A stretch of 63,667 nt of DNA, filler included, from Atractiella rhizophila (lineage: Eukaryota), in the NCBI GenBank assembly GCA_021432655.1. It is 5 parts of 5 records of this genome, joined end to end, with 100 filler letters (N's around TTAATTAATTAA, not from the genome) between each part and the next. Parts side by side here need not be neighbours in the genome. Positions count along the whole stretch, not along the records: positions 24,465 to 48,583 come from MU271794.1; 4 more parts are not named here. One strand, 5' to 3'. Numbering within the stretch: position 1 is the stretch's first letter; each line of letters begins with the position of its first letter. Positions 28,500 through 42,109 of the stretch are shown one piece after another. The translations under genes were made by a program, and so were the position numbers. The notes under the pieces were generated by a model. The model was not told where the DNA came from. It searched no databases and was given only the letters and a program-made list of their open reading frames with translations.

Positions 28500-31400
28500 A
28501 TGCCTTCCATTCCTCCCAAATCTCTCCGCATATCGGTCGACCGTGGTGGGACGTTTACGGACGTTTACGCGTCGTGGCCCGATCCCGACTCCGGGAAGAG
28601 GAAGGAGATCATCTTGAAGCTTTTGAGCCAGGATCCTAAGAACTACAAAGATGCACCAAGGGAAGGAGTTAGGCGAGTGCTTGAGAAGGTCACGGGAAGG
28701 AAGTGGGATCGGGAGGAAAAACTCGGGGTGGAAGAGATAGGTATGTTACTGTAGCTCTCCTGTGCAGATGGGTGTTTGTTATTCTCTTTTATCTGGAAGA
28801 ATAAGCCCAGAAGTCTTGTGTTCCTGTTGGTGAATTAGCTTTGTCTCTTCACTGCAGAGGTAGCTTGTTCTATCTTTCTAGGCCATACATAATGCCCATG
28901 TCCATCTTCGTCAAGCTTGCCGTACACTGCTGTTATGAGCGCATTGTATAACGTCCTGGTTTCAGAATAACTGCATTCTGGTTAATGTTCCGCATCTTTC
29001 CCTTTTCATCGAGCGATCATGCATCAGACGCGACAGCCTGCGCTTACCGCATTTGTTGTCACCCTACATTCGAGTTGTTCGAAGACAAAGACGAATCCCA
29101 ACACTTAACTTGTTATGTATATAAGTTGGGCATATCGTCACTAACAACCTGAAAGAGTTGTTGTAACATATGTCTCCGTGAAACTGTTGTTATTTCCATC
29201 CAACTGCAACATTCAAGACGTAGTTAAGCTACTCAGATCAGGGGATGCTTTTGTGTGATATCGGGCATTCAACTGGGCAAATCGCTTTCCTCATCTGTCT
29301 CCTCCAACCAATATTATGCGACCACGATTCTAACGCTGTTGTTGAAACGCAGACTTCATTCGACTCTCTACAACAGTAGCAACCAACGCCCTCCTGGAGC
29401 GTAAAGGTGCAAAACACGCTCTCGTCATCACGAAAGGTTTCCGCGACCTTCTGCTCATTGGCAACCAATCTCGTCCTCGCATCTTCGACCTCGCGATCCG
29501 GAAACCCGATGTTTTATATTCCTCTGTTCTAGAAGTAGATGAGCGCGTAAAGTACTCGGTTAAAACGGAGAAGTAAGCTGACTGATTGGGTCCTAAGGTG
29601 ACGCTGGTTGGGTATACATCTGATCCACAACGGAGCGAGAGGGAGGTACAGTTCGATGAACAAGGCAAGGTGGCGAGGGAATATAAAGGCGATTTACCGG
29701 GGGAAGGAGAGGTAGCGAGGGGACTGAGTGGGGAGGCGGTTCAAGTATTGAAAAAACCAGGTATATTATCTGATCTTTGAGGAAGGAAAGCGCTAACTAT
29801 TTCACTATGGCGGGGCAAAGATGTCAAGAAAATAGAAGAAGACCTGCAGAAACTATATGACGACGGAGTGCGAGTGTTAGCCGTCGTTCTACTGCACTCA
29901 TACACATATCCGGGTAAGTCGTCCACAGCATCTACATCTGTTCTCATTCTTTGAGGCAGAGCACGAATTGGCCATTCAAGAAGTAGCTGAACGAATAGGC
30001 TTCACCCATATCTCCCTCTCCTCTCAGTGCACACCTGGAATGATCAAACTCGTTTCCCGAGGTGTCTCTGCGACAGCAGACGCATATCTAACTCCCATCC
30101 TGAGAGAATATATCGACGGATTTTTTAGTGGATTTGAGGAGGGCTTGAGGACGCAGACGGAAGAGGTGGAGGAAGGGAAAGCGGAAGGAGGAGGAGAAAA
30201 GAACACCAGGGTTGAGTTCATGATGTCCGATGGTGGATTGACAGATGTCAATAAGTTTTCTGGTCTTAAGAGTATCCTTAGGTAGGCTGCTTCCTTAGCT
30301 TCGAAGGGCTTATACTGACAGATCATCGGCGCGACGAAAGTGGACCAGCTGGTGGGGTGGTTGGATATGCATTGACAGGGTATGATGAGGTGTGCCTTTT
30401 CTCTCGTTGCAACATCTTTACGCTGACGAAGCCCCCGAACGATGAAAATAGGAAGAGAAGACGCCAATTATCGGTCTCGACATGGTATATTACCAACGCG
30501 CTCTTGAACGTGAAAGCTTATTCCGCGTTAACGGTAGGGGGGAACATCGACCGATGTCAGTCGCTACGATGGGCGGTATGAGATCGTCTTCGAAACAACA
30601 ACCGCAGGAGTCACGGTGCAATCTCCTCAGCTGGATATCAGTAAGCTTTTTTGATACTAACCCTATCTCAGCGCGACTTCATAAAATAAAGACTGATAAG
30701 AGTGCATGGACAGACACCGTCGCTGCTGGGGGTGGTTCGAGGCTGTTTTGGAGGAATGGACTTTTCACCACCGGCCCTGAGTCAGCAGGCAGTCATCCTG
30801 GTTCGCCTCCTTGCTCGCATACAGTTTGTTGTTCTTGATGTTGCTTGCAATAGGTCCATCGTGCTACCGCAAAGGAGGACCGTTGGTCCGTCCCTTTTCT
30901 ACTCAATATACCACTTGATGAAAGTTTTCGCAGGCAGTTACCGATGCAAACCTCGTCCTAGGTAGATTAGACGCTGAATTCTTTCCAAAAATCTTCGGGG
31001 ATAAGGAAAACGAAGGGCTCGACATCGAGGCTTCGAAGAAAGGATTAGAGGAGCTAAGGAAGGATATTAATACAGAGACGGGGAAGAACATGAGTGTTGA
31101 TGAAGTTGCTTGGGGGTGAGTTCTTATATCTTCTTCTAGATGGGAGGTGATTAACGATTCCATAGATTCGTCACTGTGGGTTCGTTGTGCTCTTCACGGC
31201 ACCTGAAGATAGTGATGACAACGAAGTCTGGCAGCCAACGAGACGATGTGCCGGCCTATTCGTGCATTAACGGAGGCAAGGGGTTATTCCACAGCGAAAC
31301 ATATCCTATCGTCATTCGGCGGAGCTGGTGGTACGTGAATTATCGATAATGTTTAAACTGTGGACTGATGAGATTTGAAAGGCCAACACGCTTGTTCCAT

Positions 31401-32198
31401 TGCTGACGCCTTGGGCATCAAAACTGTGTTGGTACACAAATTTTCATCAGTCTGTATGCCATTTCCTCTTTTATCGCTTCCTCAAGATACGGCATTGATC
31501 CTTGGGCAGTATCCGCTTACGGAATGGCCCTTGCCGATCGAGTTTTCGAGAAGCAAGAGCCGAGCTCTGAGATTTACTCTGAGGAATCAAAAACGAGGAT
31601 ACAGTCGCGGATTGATCACCTGTCCAAACAAGTTGAGCGAGAACTTGGACGACAGGGGTTCAAGGAGGAGAGAATTGCGACGGAAATATATCTGAATTTA
31701 CGGTGAGTTCTCGGTCATAGGGAAATAACATGGCTAACAACAGTTTGAAGATACGAAGGTACAGATACCGCTCTGATGACCTTAGCACCGCGAGACGATG
31801 ATTTTGTCAAGGAATTTGAAAAGGTCTACAAGCAAGAATTCGGTTTCGTTCTGGAAGGCAAACCAATCGTTGTGGACAATGTTCGCGTGCGAGGCATCGG
31901 CCACTCCTTTGACAAACTGCCTCCTACGCTGTCTGCTTCTTCTCGCTCGAAGAAATTTTACACGCTGTCGGCAGATGAGCTCTCAAAGCGCCGTCGGAAG
32001 ACGGTCTCAGTTTATTTCGCAAAAGGTAGGAAGAATGATACACCTGTATTCCTGTTAGACGATTTAAAGGAGGGCATGGAGCTCGATGGACCCCTTCTAC
32101 TCATCGACGATACTCAAACCATTGTCCTGGAACATGAATGGAAGGCGTTTGTGTTGCAAGATGGGCTTGTACTCAAGAAAGTTTCGGAAGAAACATGA
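28500..32198 (+). CDS. OXP1: 5-oxoprolinase, N-terminal (hydantoinase A-like) half only
   Basis: [73 protein letters not shown]. Stop at 32198 after [10 protein letters not shown]. Confidence 0.9.
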
Positions 32199-32888
32199 AA
32201 ACGTGATGTGTAATGGTAGTTAGACTCTAATGTACTGAAAAGATGTATTTTTCCCATAGAAACGGGAGGCGTCTCGGGCCTGGAAACAGGAAACATTTGG
32301 TGTAAGCCATTTGTATATTCCAATCTCATTGTTCACCAGCTTGCAGCGCGTGCCACGGAGCCTTCGGGATCTCTCTGGCCACTTTCCGGAAGCTACCACG
32401 TTCCGATATCTTCACACTCCAGTAAGTACCAGCTTGCTCTACAATCAAGCTTCATCCATTACACAGGAAGCGCTTGTGCTGTAATCCAACTGTAGCTTGA
32501 TGTCTGTTTCCTTCAGTAGGAGAAGGGAGGAATAAGAGGAGTAAGTTGGAGTAAGCCAATCTCGACTAGCTTGATGATACCATGTTGAGTACAGTGTTGT
32601 AAAAGTTGCGAGTGAGACATCAAAGGGGGGTGTTTGAGACAATGACATCAAAACGTGCAGCTAAACAAGGTTTAGATTGGAACTTGAATGTTTTAACGTA
32701 GATAACGGAACTCACTTGAATGGGAAGGAAAGAGGGATGGCTGCACTGATGTGAAAGTGGCACCGAAATTTTGGAAACTAAATTTCTGTTGCCGCCATAT
32801 AAGTGTTGTGGTCGTTGTTGCTGTTCCCTAACAAGTCTGCATTCTGTCAACTTGTGTTCAAACAGCTCTGAACTTGTGTTGTCTTTAA

Positions 32889-33655
32889 ATGGCTACCCCA
32901 CCACCACAGTTTCCCCCATTTCCTCAATTTGAAAATTTTCCACCAGCCCCACATGTCTCTCCGAGTCCAACCATAGAGGAAGTTGGGAACCTGGAACAAC
33001 ACTATCAGCTGATACACTTTCACCAGGCTGAACTAAGTGAGTTTCCTGCTACCTTGACGCCCAAAGCTTACTGATAGGCAGAACCCACCCCACAACAAAC
33101 TGGTGAGACCCTTGTCAATGTGCTCAAAGCCGCTGTGGCAGTTCTCGACACCAGCTAGTCTTCTAGTCTTTGGTGACCATGAGGCTGACATGCATTTAGT
33201 GAATCCGAATCCGAATATGGGGGATGAATTTTGGGGGCGGCTTGAAGCCTTCAAAGCCGACCTCAGGGACGACCTCAATGAAGTTAAAACTGGAATCAAA
33301 TCTCTGAGGAAATTGATAGTCAACGTGACTCAATCTAGCCCTGTTTGGGCTGCGGCAAGGGTATGCAGTTGTCTTTGCTCTTAGTCAGTTCTGTTAATAT
33401 TTCAGGGACTAGGCTAGGAATGAAAGACAAGGCCGTGGTCCATATGTCCAACTCCCCGCAATTTGCCCTGTCGATGGATTCAATTTGCTGGCGCCGTTGA
33501 TCACAGACGGTGACCTTCATCGTTTATCAGTGAATCAAGTGGACACATATATGAAGGCATGGGAGCTGGGACAGGAAGGTGATATGGATATAACGGAGAA
33601 GAGGGCTTGTATTGCTGCATTCATCGGCTGTACGACCTTTGATGCAAGGGGGTAA
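32889..33655 (+). CDS. Small protein with a Mug135-like C-terminal domain
   Basis: Pro-rich N-terminus, coiled coil, last exon LAPLITDGDLHRLSVNQVDTYMKAWEL...EKRACIAAFIGC resembling Mug135_C. Stop 33653-33655. Confidence 0.55.
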
Positions 33656-33959
33656 ACGTTCCTGTCCTCTTATTGTAACTGCACAAAATCAGAAGATAAA
33701 TTCAATTTCATTTTCCATGTTATATTTAATTTCCAGCAGACAGGAGAATTTGACCAGGGAACAAGTGAGAGGATCGTTGAATGCAGAATGGCGGGCACAA
33801 GATGTGAGTTAGGAGCGCAGGGTTACAGTTGAGAGTTTCGACAGGAGCAGGTACAGGCACAGCAGTCACATGAAAGTGCTCGCATTACATTTGCGTACTT
33901 AAAGCCACCCAAAGTTAGACTAATTAATGGGAACGCACAGAAACAGATCTACTCCACGG

Positions 33960-35756
33960 TCAGAGCGCTGGGTCCTTATCCTTACTATTGAGTCCCTCGT
34001 CGTTGATCAAAGGATCCTCGTCAGCGCTCCTGGGAACGGCATACCCAATGCTGGATGCCCATTCCTCTGCACCCTTCCGTAGAACAGCTACAGTTTCTTC
34101 AGTCCTGCGCCGTAAGAAGCACCAAAACTTACACTCGAGATCGTCATGCATCAACTCCAAATTCCGCTCCAAGCCATCTGCTGCTCCCAAGCCGCATTCT
34201 TGAGTCACGATGGCCAGACAAAGCGCTGCGAGCTCGACTCCAGTCATCAAGGGTTGATCAGAAGTCCAGGACGGAGGTCCAATTACAGCACGGTCTTGGA
34301 CCTATAAATCACGGTAAGCCCTTGTTCGCCGAACATGTCGTGGAAACACAAACAAGTTCCCAACAATGCTCATGAAGCCGAAAGGCGAAAGAGTCTAAGA
34401 GTGGCGTAGGCGTAAATTTGGAGCGGATTGTGGCATTTGAAACCGCATTAGACATGCTACAGGGCAATTCAATGATCGTAGAATCTAGTGATGAAAACGT
34501 ACGAGGATGCACGGGAAGCACCTCGCCAGCTTGCAGCACACCTTTACCGAACTCTCAGCAATGGTAACGTGACGAGTGGATCACGCACCAAATAGCCGAT
34601 ATTTCGAATGGACCAGGCAGGAATGTGACCTGTCAATCGGTTCAGCTAAGTTCCATTGCACTTGCTTTAGGAAGACTTACTGTATCTATAACGAAGACGA
34701 ATGGGAGGAGTGCTGTGGCAATCACTCCATTCCGGATAGCTGCACTCTTTGTGGTCTTTAACATCGTCGTGAACTTCTCCTGGATGTCTTCGACCGGAAA
34801 AGAGGCGGGATAGATGACCCGAAGCTGCATTCAGTGTCAAGAAAAGGACAGTTTGAGAAACCCCACGCACCTCCTTAATTTTTGACGTTGCTGGGGCACG
34901 ATTCAGAAACTCGATTCTAGAATTCTTCGTAGCATCGACTGCCTTGCCGACGTACTGGTCCGATGTTGGATTACTATTTAGCGCTCGGGATAACAATGTC
35001 ACTTACCCCCATAGCTTTGTCTTTCACAGCAATCTTCTCTCCAGTCGCCTCCTTCTTCAAGGCCTCCTTCGCTTCTCTCTGTGTTTCCTGCCATTTCCGT
35101 TGCGCCATACGGACCATACTCTCCTTCTCACCCTCCTCGGGGGCTTCGAAATGAGCTTCAGCGGGAGAGTAAAGGACGAATGGTGGCGCTTTAGCTCTGT
35201 GAATTCTACTCAGCAATGGAACTAGCTAACAATAGAAACGTACCGATTCTCAGCCGATGCGCCTGGCGCCTCAGGGAAGGGAACTGGACACAGTCCGCAT
35301 CAGTCCATCTGAACCAGCCGTAGATAGTTACTTGCTTGCAAAAGCCACAGTGGGTATCGGGTCTTCCTCCACCGTTTCAGTGGTCGGGGTAGTCGCAACC
35401 TCTTTTGTGTTTCCGCGGCCAAATTTCCACCATGGTTGAGTAGCAGCAGGTCCAGGAGACGGAGGGAGAACAGGCTGCAGTCCAGAGGGATCGGACGCAA
35501 GGGGAGAGTACATCGGCCTTTCGTCGTAAGAGAGATGATCGCGATCAGGCGAGAGCTCGCGGGAGCTGGATGAAGCCGAAGAAGAGCGTGAATGCGTTGG
35601 GGACGACAGAGAGAACTTTGGGGACAGCGGCGGCGAGGTTGACTTCGTGGTGAAAGATGGCGCCGCCGTCGGTGGTGAGGATGAAGATACTCCATGGCTC
35701 GTGGAAGCCGTTGCGGGGGTAGTGGTTCCCTCTGACAGAACAACTGGCGCAGACAT
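33960..35756 (-). CDS. Hypothetical fungal protein with Ser/Pro-rich N-terminus and hydrophobic central segment
   Basis: Consistent multi-exon chain (35328-35756, 34974-35216, 34642-34830, 34309-34539, 33960-34250) with short introns. Confidence 0.65.
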
Positions 35757-36967
35757 AGCGGTGATGAAGCTGTAAACAAACCACAAATCAGTGACAAAAG
35801 TTAAGGCCACACAGATCAACAACGAAGGGAAGAATGTTGTATAACAAAATGTTCGACTTGGGGGCTACACAGCTCAGTGCAAATTAAGATACAAAACTGT
35901 TCATTGTGTGCTAAACAGCAAACTGCATTGATCCTTGAACAATTGATATTATTAACAGGAGGACTTGATGTCTTTCAATCAGTGTGCGAAATTGTGAAGC
36001 CGAGAGTGCACGTCAAGCAGTCGATGTTTCTACTTGTAGGCTAGTGGCCAGGTCATGCATAATGCTAGAGAAATGTTTGGAGTGAATGTTTAGCAGACGT
36101 TGTGAAAACGGACTTCGTAGTTAAATAGAGGGCTGACACACTTCATGTACGGCGCTCTTCAAAGAAACGCCTAGTCCATAATTTCCCTGACATCCGGGCA
36201 GTATTGATGCCATATCAAAACGTCGTACAAAGTCATCTCTGTCGCTTGTTTGCTAAAGATAAACAACGCTACAATATATGAAGATACTCTTCAGCTTGAA
36301 TCGAGAGATTCTTGCTGAATGCTTCTTTGAAAGATGTGCTCAGCAACCACCCTGTGGATCCAAATCCGCTCTGCACAGGGACTGAGAATATACACTCCTG
36401 AACTGTTCCATGCTTAGTTCAATTGACTATCACGTATCGAGTCAATGCTAAAGACAAGAATCAAGCAAAGGTGAGCAACCATGCTAAGTAGTCCACATGG
36501 CGCTCGTGCTATCCCCTCCATGGCATCCCTCAATGCAATCTACGCCTGACGCCGACAGAGCACGTTCAAAATCACCAAGCAGAAGGCGATAATTGGTCAG
36601 CTTCCTGCGGAGCTATGCATGCAGTGTTTATATGCTCCGAATCGCACATTGTAAATCAGAACGGCGTCACATCCCCTCTTTGCGTTCTGTGAGGATGGAT
36701 TCTCTCAAAGAAGCATAATATCCCATCCCTATGCAGAAGTTGCGCCAAGTTCCGTCGTGCCAACACGGCCTTCCCTCCGTTGCAGGACAAGAAGGAAAAC
36801 TGACCTCTACTTCTAATCCAATGGTATACCACACTACAACTCCCAGCCAATCGTGTACTCAATCTCTACAAGACGTTGTCAACGTTCGTTGCCAATAAGT
36901 AAAGCAAAATGGCCTGAGATTCGGACTTCAACCAAGTCGGCGAGGCGGGTATACCTCTCCCATAACA

Positions 36968-36980
36968 TATATCACGTGAC
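36968..36980 (+). promoter_or_regulatory. Extended E-box TATATCACGTGAC (Cbf1/USF-type bHLH site)
   Basis: Lies 21 nt upstream of ATG 37002; identical 13-mer at 45105-45117. Confidence 0.5.
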
Positions 36981-37001
36981 TATGGAACCACTGATCCCGC
37001 G

Positions 37002-39453
37002 ATGCGTCGAGCCTTACCTGCGTCTTTATTAGCCAGAATAGCAGTAAAACACGTGTACCATGCTCAGAGGAGGACATTCTTTGGGGTGGGAGAGATTCTA
37101 GGGGTTATCACGAACGTGTGTCTCACGGTCTCTCCTTCTGCATACATGACGTCGTGAATGCTGATCGAGTGTGGTACTTTTGGAGGAAAGCCGGCTGAGA
37201 CCTTGAGGTCGTTGACAGAGAGTAAGAGATTACTGGATGAGGCAAGGCATGAGATACAGAACCAGCGGGAGCAGGCACAGAGTGCGTCTTCATCTCTATT
37301 ACCCTAATTAAGTTACCACTTGCAATGGAATACTGATGTTAAGTACACTCTGTAGTTCCCTCGAAACACACCTTCTCACCTCTCCCCGGATTCTGGATGC
37401 GCAATCGCGAACTGAGCGTGATAGAGGCATCACTATCAGGCATTCCAGTCTGTCTCCGTCGCCTCTATCCATCTTTCCTTAGCTACATAAATCTAGTAGA
37501 GCTTCACGGTTCTATTTGGCGCTTCTTCGTCAGTCTCTTATTTATGCCGCAGGCTAGAAGTTGAATTGCCCACAATGCGACAGGGTAGGCAAGACTGCTC
37601 TCTTAAGACAGGTCCTGTCCTCTCCGCGCTTCCATGTCTTTCATTTCGACCTTCGAATATCTGGCTTCGCCGACCTGACCAGTCTGTATTTCTCGTTGGC
37701 ACTGCAAATGGTTCGTCTCCTTGTTCCTGAGAAAGAACTAACATGCTATGGGGATAGGAACGCTTCTTTGCAGTGTTGCCGGACAAATTGGGAAAGGAAT
37801 GGGGATGGGGAGAATTTGAGAAAGAAAGTTGGGCTTTCAAGGTCTGTCGCGCTCTCCCTCCTTTCACTGATGTAGTGGAAGTTGTATTAAAGTTGGTGAG
37901 AAAGCACGACCGCTTGAACTGCACAAAACGCCTCGAATCTTCTCCAGAGGTTAGACTTGGAGCAGCAGACATAGCGAGACTTATGGAGATGTTCCAATCT
38001 GCCTTACTGTCTTATTGGGAGTTTGAGCCGCTGAGCGCAAAGGAGAGAGCCCAGCGGGAGGATCAGAAAGAGGAGAAGGATGGCGCACAAAAGAGGGTGA
38101 AAGAACGACGGTTAGATGCTGATGATGGCGTTGCGTCGGAAGGAAAGGAAGGAGAGAAGGAAGCGCCAAAGAAACTGATGCCCGTCGTGTACTTGGATGA
38201 GGCTCATAAGGTCGTACTTCTACCTTTCCTTCCTCCTGCTGACTGGATTTGATAGTTGCCCGCGTTGGTCAAGAACCCAGAGGCCATGAAGGTTCTGCTC
38301 GACTCATTCTTGGTCATGACTAAACAAGTAGGTTCCCCCCTCGTCGATGTCTCTGACTATACTTCTAATCTGTTATGAATCTTGCTGGGTAGGATCGATT
38401 ATGCCAAGTTTTGCACGCGACGAGCGACCCATTCTATATGCATTGGCTCCGCCAAAGTCAGTCCCAAGTTCTCTCCTGCTCTACCTATTGTGCTCAAAAG
38501 CGAGTGTAACAGTGAACTCCATGCAGCACGCCAAGATAATCACAATCGGTGACTGCTCTCGGGGCGAAACTCTTGCCTTTTGGATTGCGCGGTTGGCTCC
38601 ATCGATAACTGAAATGGGGGGAAAGTTGACGTTTGAAGATGTCTGGAACGTGTTTGGTGGTTCGTTTCCTTCCTTCACCCCTTTGCTCGCTTATCGTCAG
38701 GGAAACTGATAATTGGTGACTGCAGGAAAACTCGCCCACATCCAGGATTATGTCACAGACTACCTAAACTCGAATGGACGACTGGACATCGAACGGTCTT
38801 CTCATTACTTACAGGCGTACAACCTATTACACTTCCATATCCTCCATTCACTCTCCCTGGAGTCTGACACCTCTCCTTCCGCTCCTCCACAACCACAATC
38901 GGACACATCCGCGTTCAACTTCATTGATATCTACTCTCCAATACTAACTTCGTTCGTTCCACTCTCCATCTTCGTCACCAGGTTGTAAAGTTAACTGGTC
39001 TAATGGGATGGCACAGTGAACCTCCGCCAGTTCCCCTACCTCTGCCTCAGCTCATCTCCATCTTCACCTCCCTCTCCTCCACCCGCGATGCCGAGCTTCC
39101 CTACTTTGCATTGTGTCGAAAGATCGGCAGGGAGCGGGTAGACAGTCTGGTCCGTGGGAGGATATTAGAGCTCAGATGGAGTGGACAAGAGGGTGAGGAG
39201 GTCGAGGGTTCTGGGGAGGGTACCGGTCCGATGCTCAGGCCAATTAGCCAGGTGAATGTGACCAAGAGCGTTTAATATGGAATTGATGCTGATGTTTATT
39301 GTCTAGGTGATGCGGTTCGCTATGGGGAACGTGGTGAAAGAGATGGAAGAAGATGAAGCATTGAAGGTGAAGGACAATGGCGTATCTGGTGGTCAGGAGA
39401 GGACGGCGCAAGGATTTTACGATTCTGGGATCACGGGGGAATTTGCACCTTGA
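37002..39453 (+). CDS. Conserved fungal P-loop (AAA-like) ATPase-domain protein
   Basis: Walker A GASSVGKT (split by intron), Walker B VVYLDEAHK, HATSDPFYMHWLRQ. Stop 39451-39453. Confidence 0.82.
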
Positions 39454-39781
39454 TTTGTGGACCTTTGAATAATGGAACGAGTTTGTAACGAAGAATACCA
39501 TCTATGTACTATGAGCACACATTGGCTGAGGTTTCGGCTGGCTGTCACACAAATTGAAGATTCTGCTTAGATAGTTAGGGAGGCGCCAATGAGAGTGATA
39601 GGTCATGGTAAAACAGGCGGGAAATATACTGTTGCTCTAGGTCTAGGGTAGAGCTGATGGTCTCGTGAATCTGTCCATTAAATGAAAGATAATTGTAATA
39701 TTAACACAACACAGAAGCGAGCACTCAACACTTCTCGTAAACTTGAATAGAAAAGAAACTGAGGCAGACGATCATGATGCG

Positions 39782-41943
39782 CTACTTAAGGACAATGATG
39801 AGGATCAAGAGGACGACAATCAAACCGATGATGGTGCATGTAGCTGCATTCTCTTTCGTCTTCCTCGCGACAGTATCTAATCGACTTTGAGCCTTCCGCA
39901 TCCTGCCCACAGCGCGCAACCATCACCAGTCAGCTCCCCACACACCTTAAGACAAAATGAAGCAGACGTACCGAGACTGAGTCTGGTCGAGCGCGAAATC
40001 CGTCTCTTCTAATAATCCAGTGTGTAGTTCCAGCTCGGACGAAATCTGTAACGAAATGTCTCTCTGCCTCGACACCGCTTCTGACAAAGCGTCAAGTGAG
40101 CGATCTTGGTCTATAGATACCCAACACCACGAATCATTTAGTGCAACACGATTTAGGGGGAGGGTGAGACACGGACCGTTCAGCATCTGCTTCTGCATCA
40201 TCATCACATCCTGGTTCGCCTGTCGCAAGTCATTCTCGTCCCGATCCATCATATCGAGCTCGTTTGGGTCGGAGAAGTCGATACGTGCTTCTTGCTTTGA
40301 GGGGAGAGATGGAGCCTGTGCGGTGGTTGGAGATCGGTGTAACGAACCCATGTTGAGCCTGGAGGGCGTGGTTAGTAGATGTTCAGGAGAGGAAAATTTC
40401 GTCGGTAGCTTCCTTGCATTTAATACAGATCATGCTACACTTCAACTTAAAAACTCGTCTAGGCATTGTCACACAATGCTCTAAGGTACAGTAAAGGCGA
40501 CAAGGTAAAATTATAATTTAAGCCTATGAACGAGCATCCAGACTATTGCAGAGGTCTGTAACGAACCAGCGCTAGTTTCGAGTGATAATCAACTTCAGCT
40601 AGCTAAATAACAACGAAAATACAGTATTGAGCTACGCCTTTGAAGTTATGGCACAGCAGCTATGTATCGACAATGGTTTGAAGCTCTAAATATTTTGTAG
40701 TCTATTAGAGATTTTCAAGAATTGATACCTTGACAAGAATTATTAGACATCTTGATAATAAACGTTAAACATTGGATTTGAACTCCATGTGGAAGAAAAT
40801 CGCGCCTTTAACTTGTTTGATGAGCTTTGATGCTTGTGGCGTGGAGAAATCCTCAAGCTAAAAAGAGGTGAAGAGAAGACGAGCTCTTTAAAACGTGAAG
40901 GTCGGTCAGTGCGCAAGGACATTGAGCCAACAACGTAGTTGACAGTTCGTGCATTCCATCTCACCGACTTCCCCAGTGCTTAATGCTCGCGACATGACAA
41001 ACGAAATCAGGCGGTCCACAGAGCTTATCTTCGTCCACCTTGTGAGTGCTTTCTTCCCATAGTCTTTCACTTATGGCGCGGGTTACAAGCCTGTGATCTT
41101 CCTAAGCGTGCTCACCTACGAGTCCTCGGAGAGGAACGCAATGCAACAACATAGGCTGATGGAGAAGTCATAAATGCGATGTGCGAAGAACTATTCATGG
41201 CAAACCGGTTACCCGTTGCACTCTCATCTTTCCGCTTTTGCGGAAGCCCATCATCTTGCGTCATGCCCTTGTGTAGCACTTTTCTGTGACGGTTTATGAC
41301 GCGGGAATATTAATACCACATGATGGACCGAACTCGCTGCCATATCTACTTCATGCTTCATGTAGAGGTAGACTATGGACTGCCCACTTGAGCCTCCCAA
41401 CATAACACATTGAGAGGAAGCGAAAAATTCTTGTTGTGGTGTTACGACGATTTCTCAGGTGACATAGTTAAGGAGAATAGTGTGGAATAAACGGCAGTCT
41501 TCTACTGAGAGCAGCCAAATCTCAAGCATGCGACCCACACAGGGACATAAATCATCCAAACCCAAAGAGAGTGCTCACCCATCTTCCATCCCATCATCAA
41601 TAAGCAACACCGTATCCTTTCCCTTCCTCCCACCCTGCACAACCTCAATCCCCTCCTTCTCCGCCAACCCCTTCAACCGTTCCCACTGTCCCTCCAACGC
41701 AATCAACACCTCCTCCGAGCTCTTAACCTCCTCCTCCCCCACTCCAGGGTCCATTTCCAGCCTCCTCTGCTCCTCTTCGAGCGCATCCAACCCCGCGCGC
41801 AGGGAGGAGAGGTTGCGTGAGATGGTGGGGATGAGAGACGGTGCGGAGGGGAGGTTGAGTGTTCGGGTGCGGTGGAGCTCGAGTAGCTGGGTTAGTGTTG
41901 AGGTGGAGAGGGAGGAGAGGCGGGCGGGGGAGATGGGGGCCAT
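39782..41943 (-). CDS. Qc-SNARE, syntaxin-8/Syn8-like
   Basis: SNARE motif DQDRSLDALSEAVSRQRDISLQISSELELHTGLL, C-terminal TM IIGLIVVLLILIIVLK, helical N-terminal exon joined in frame across intron 40359-41578. Confidence 0.85.
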
Positions 41944-42109
41944 GCTGCACTGTGCACTGCTTATGCCTGCTTCAACAGCGTTTCCTTTCCTTAGTTAGTG
42001 TCGTCCGCACGGCTAAGATAAGGCACACTACGTTGTAGTCCCTCTTTGACTGAACTGAGTGAACTAACACAACCACGATCGGAGGGACAAGAAGGGAAAG
42101 GGAAAGAAG

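Noticed and set aside
28755..29305. CAGATG/CATCTG inverted pair with TCTCCT flanks in the oxoprolinase intron
   Set aside because: Too short, and the candidate TSD matches only 6 of 9 bases.
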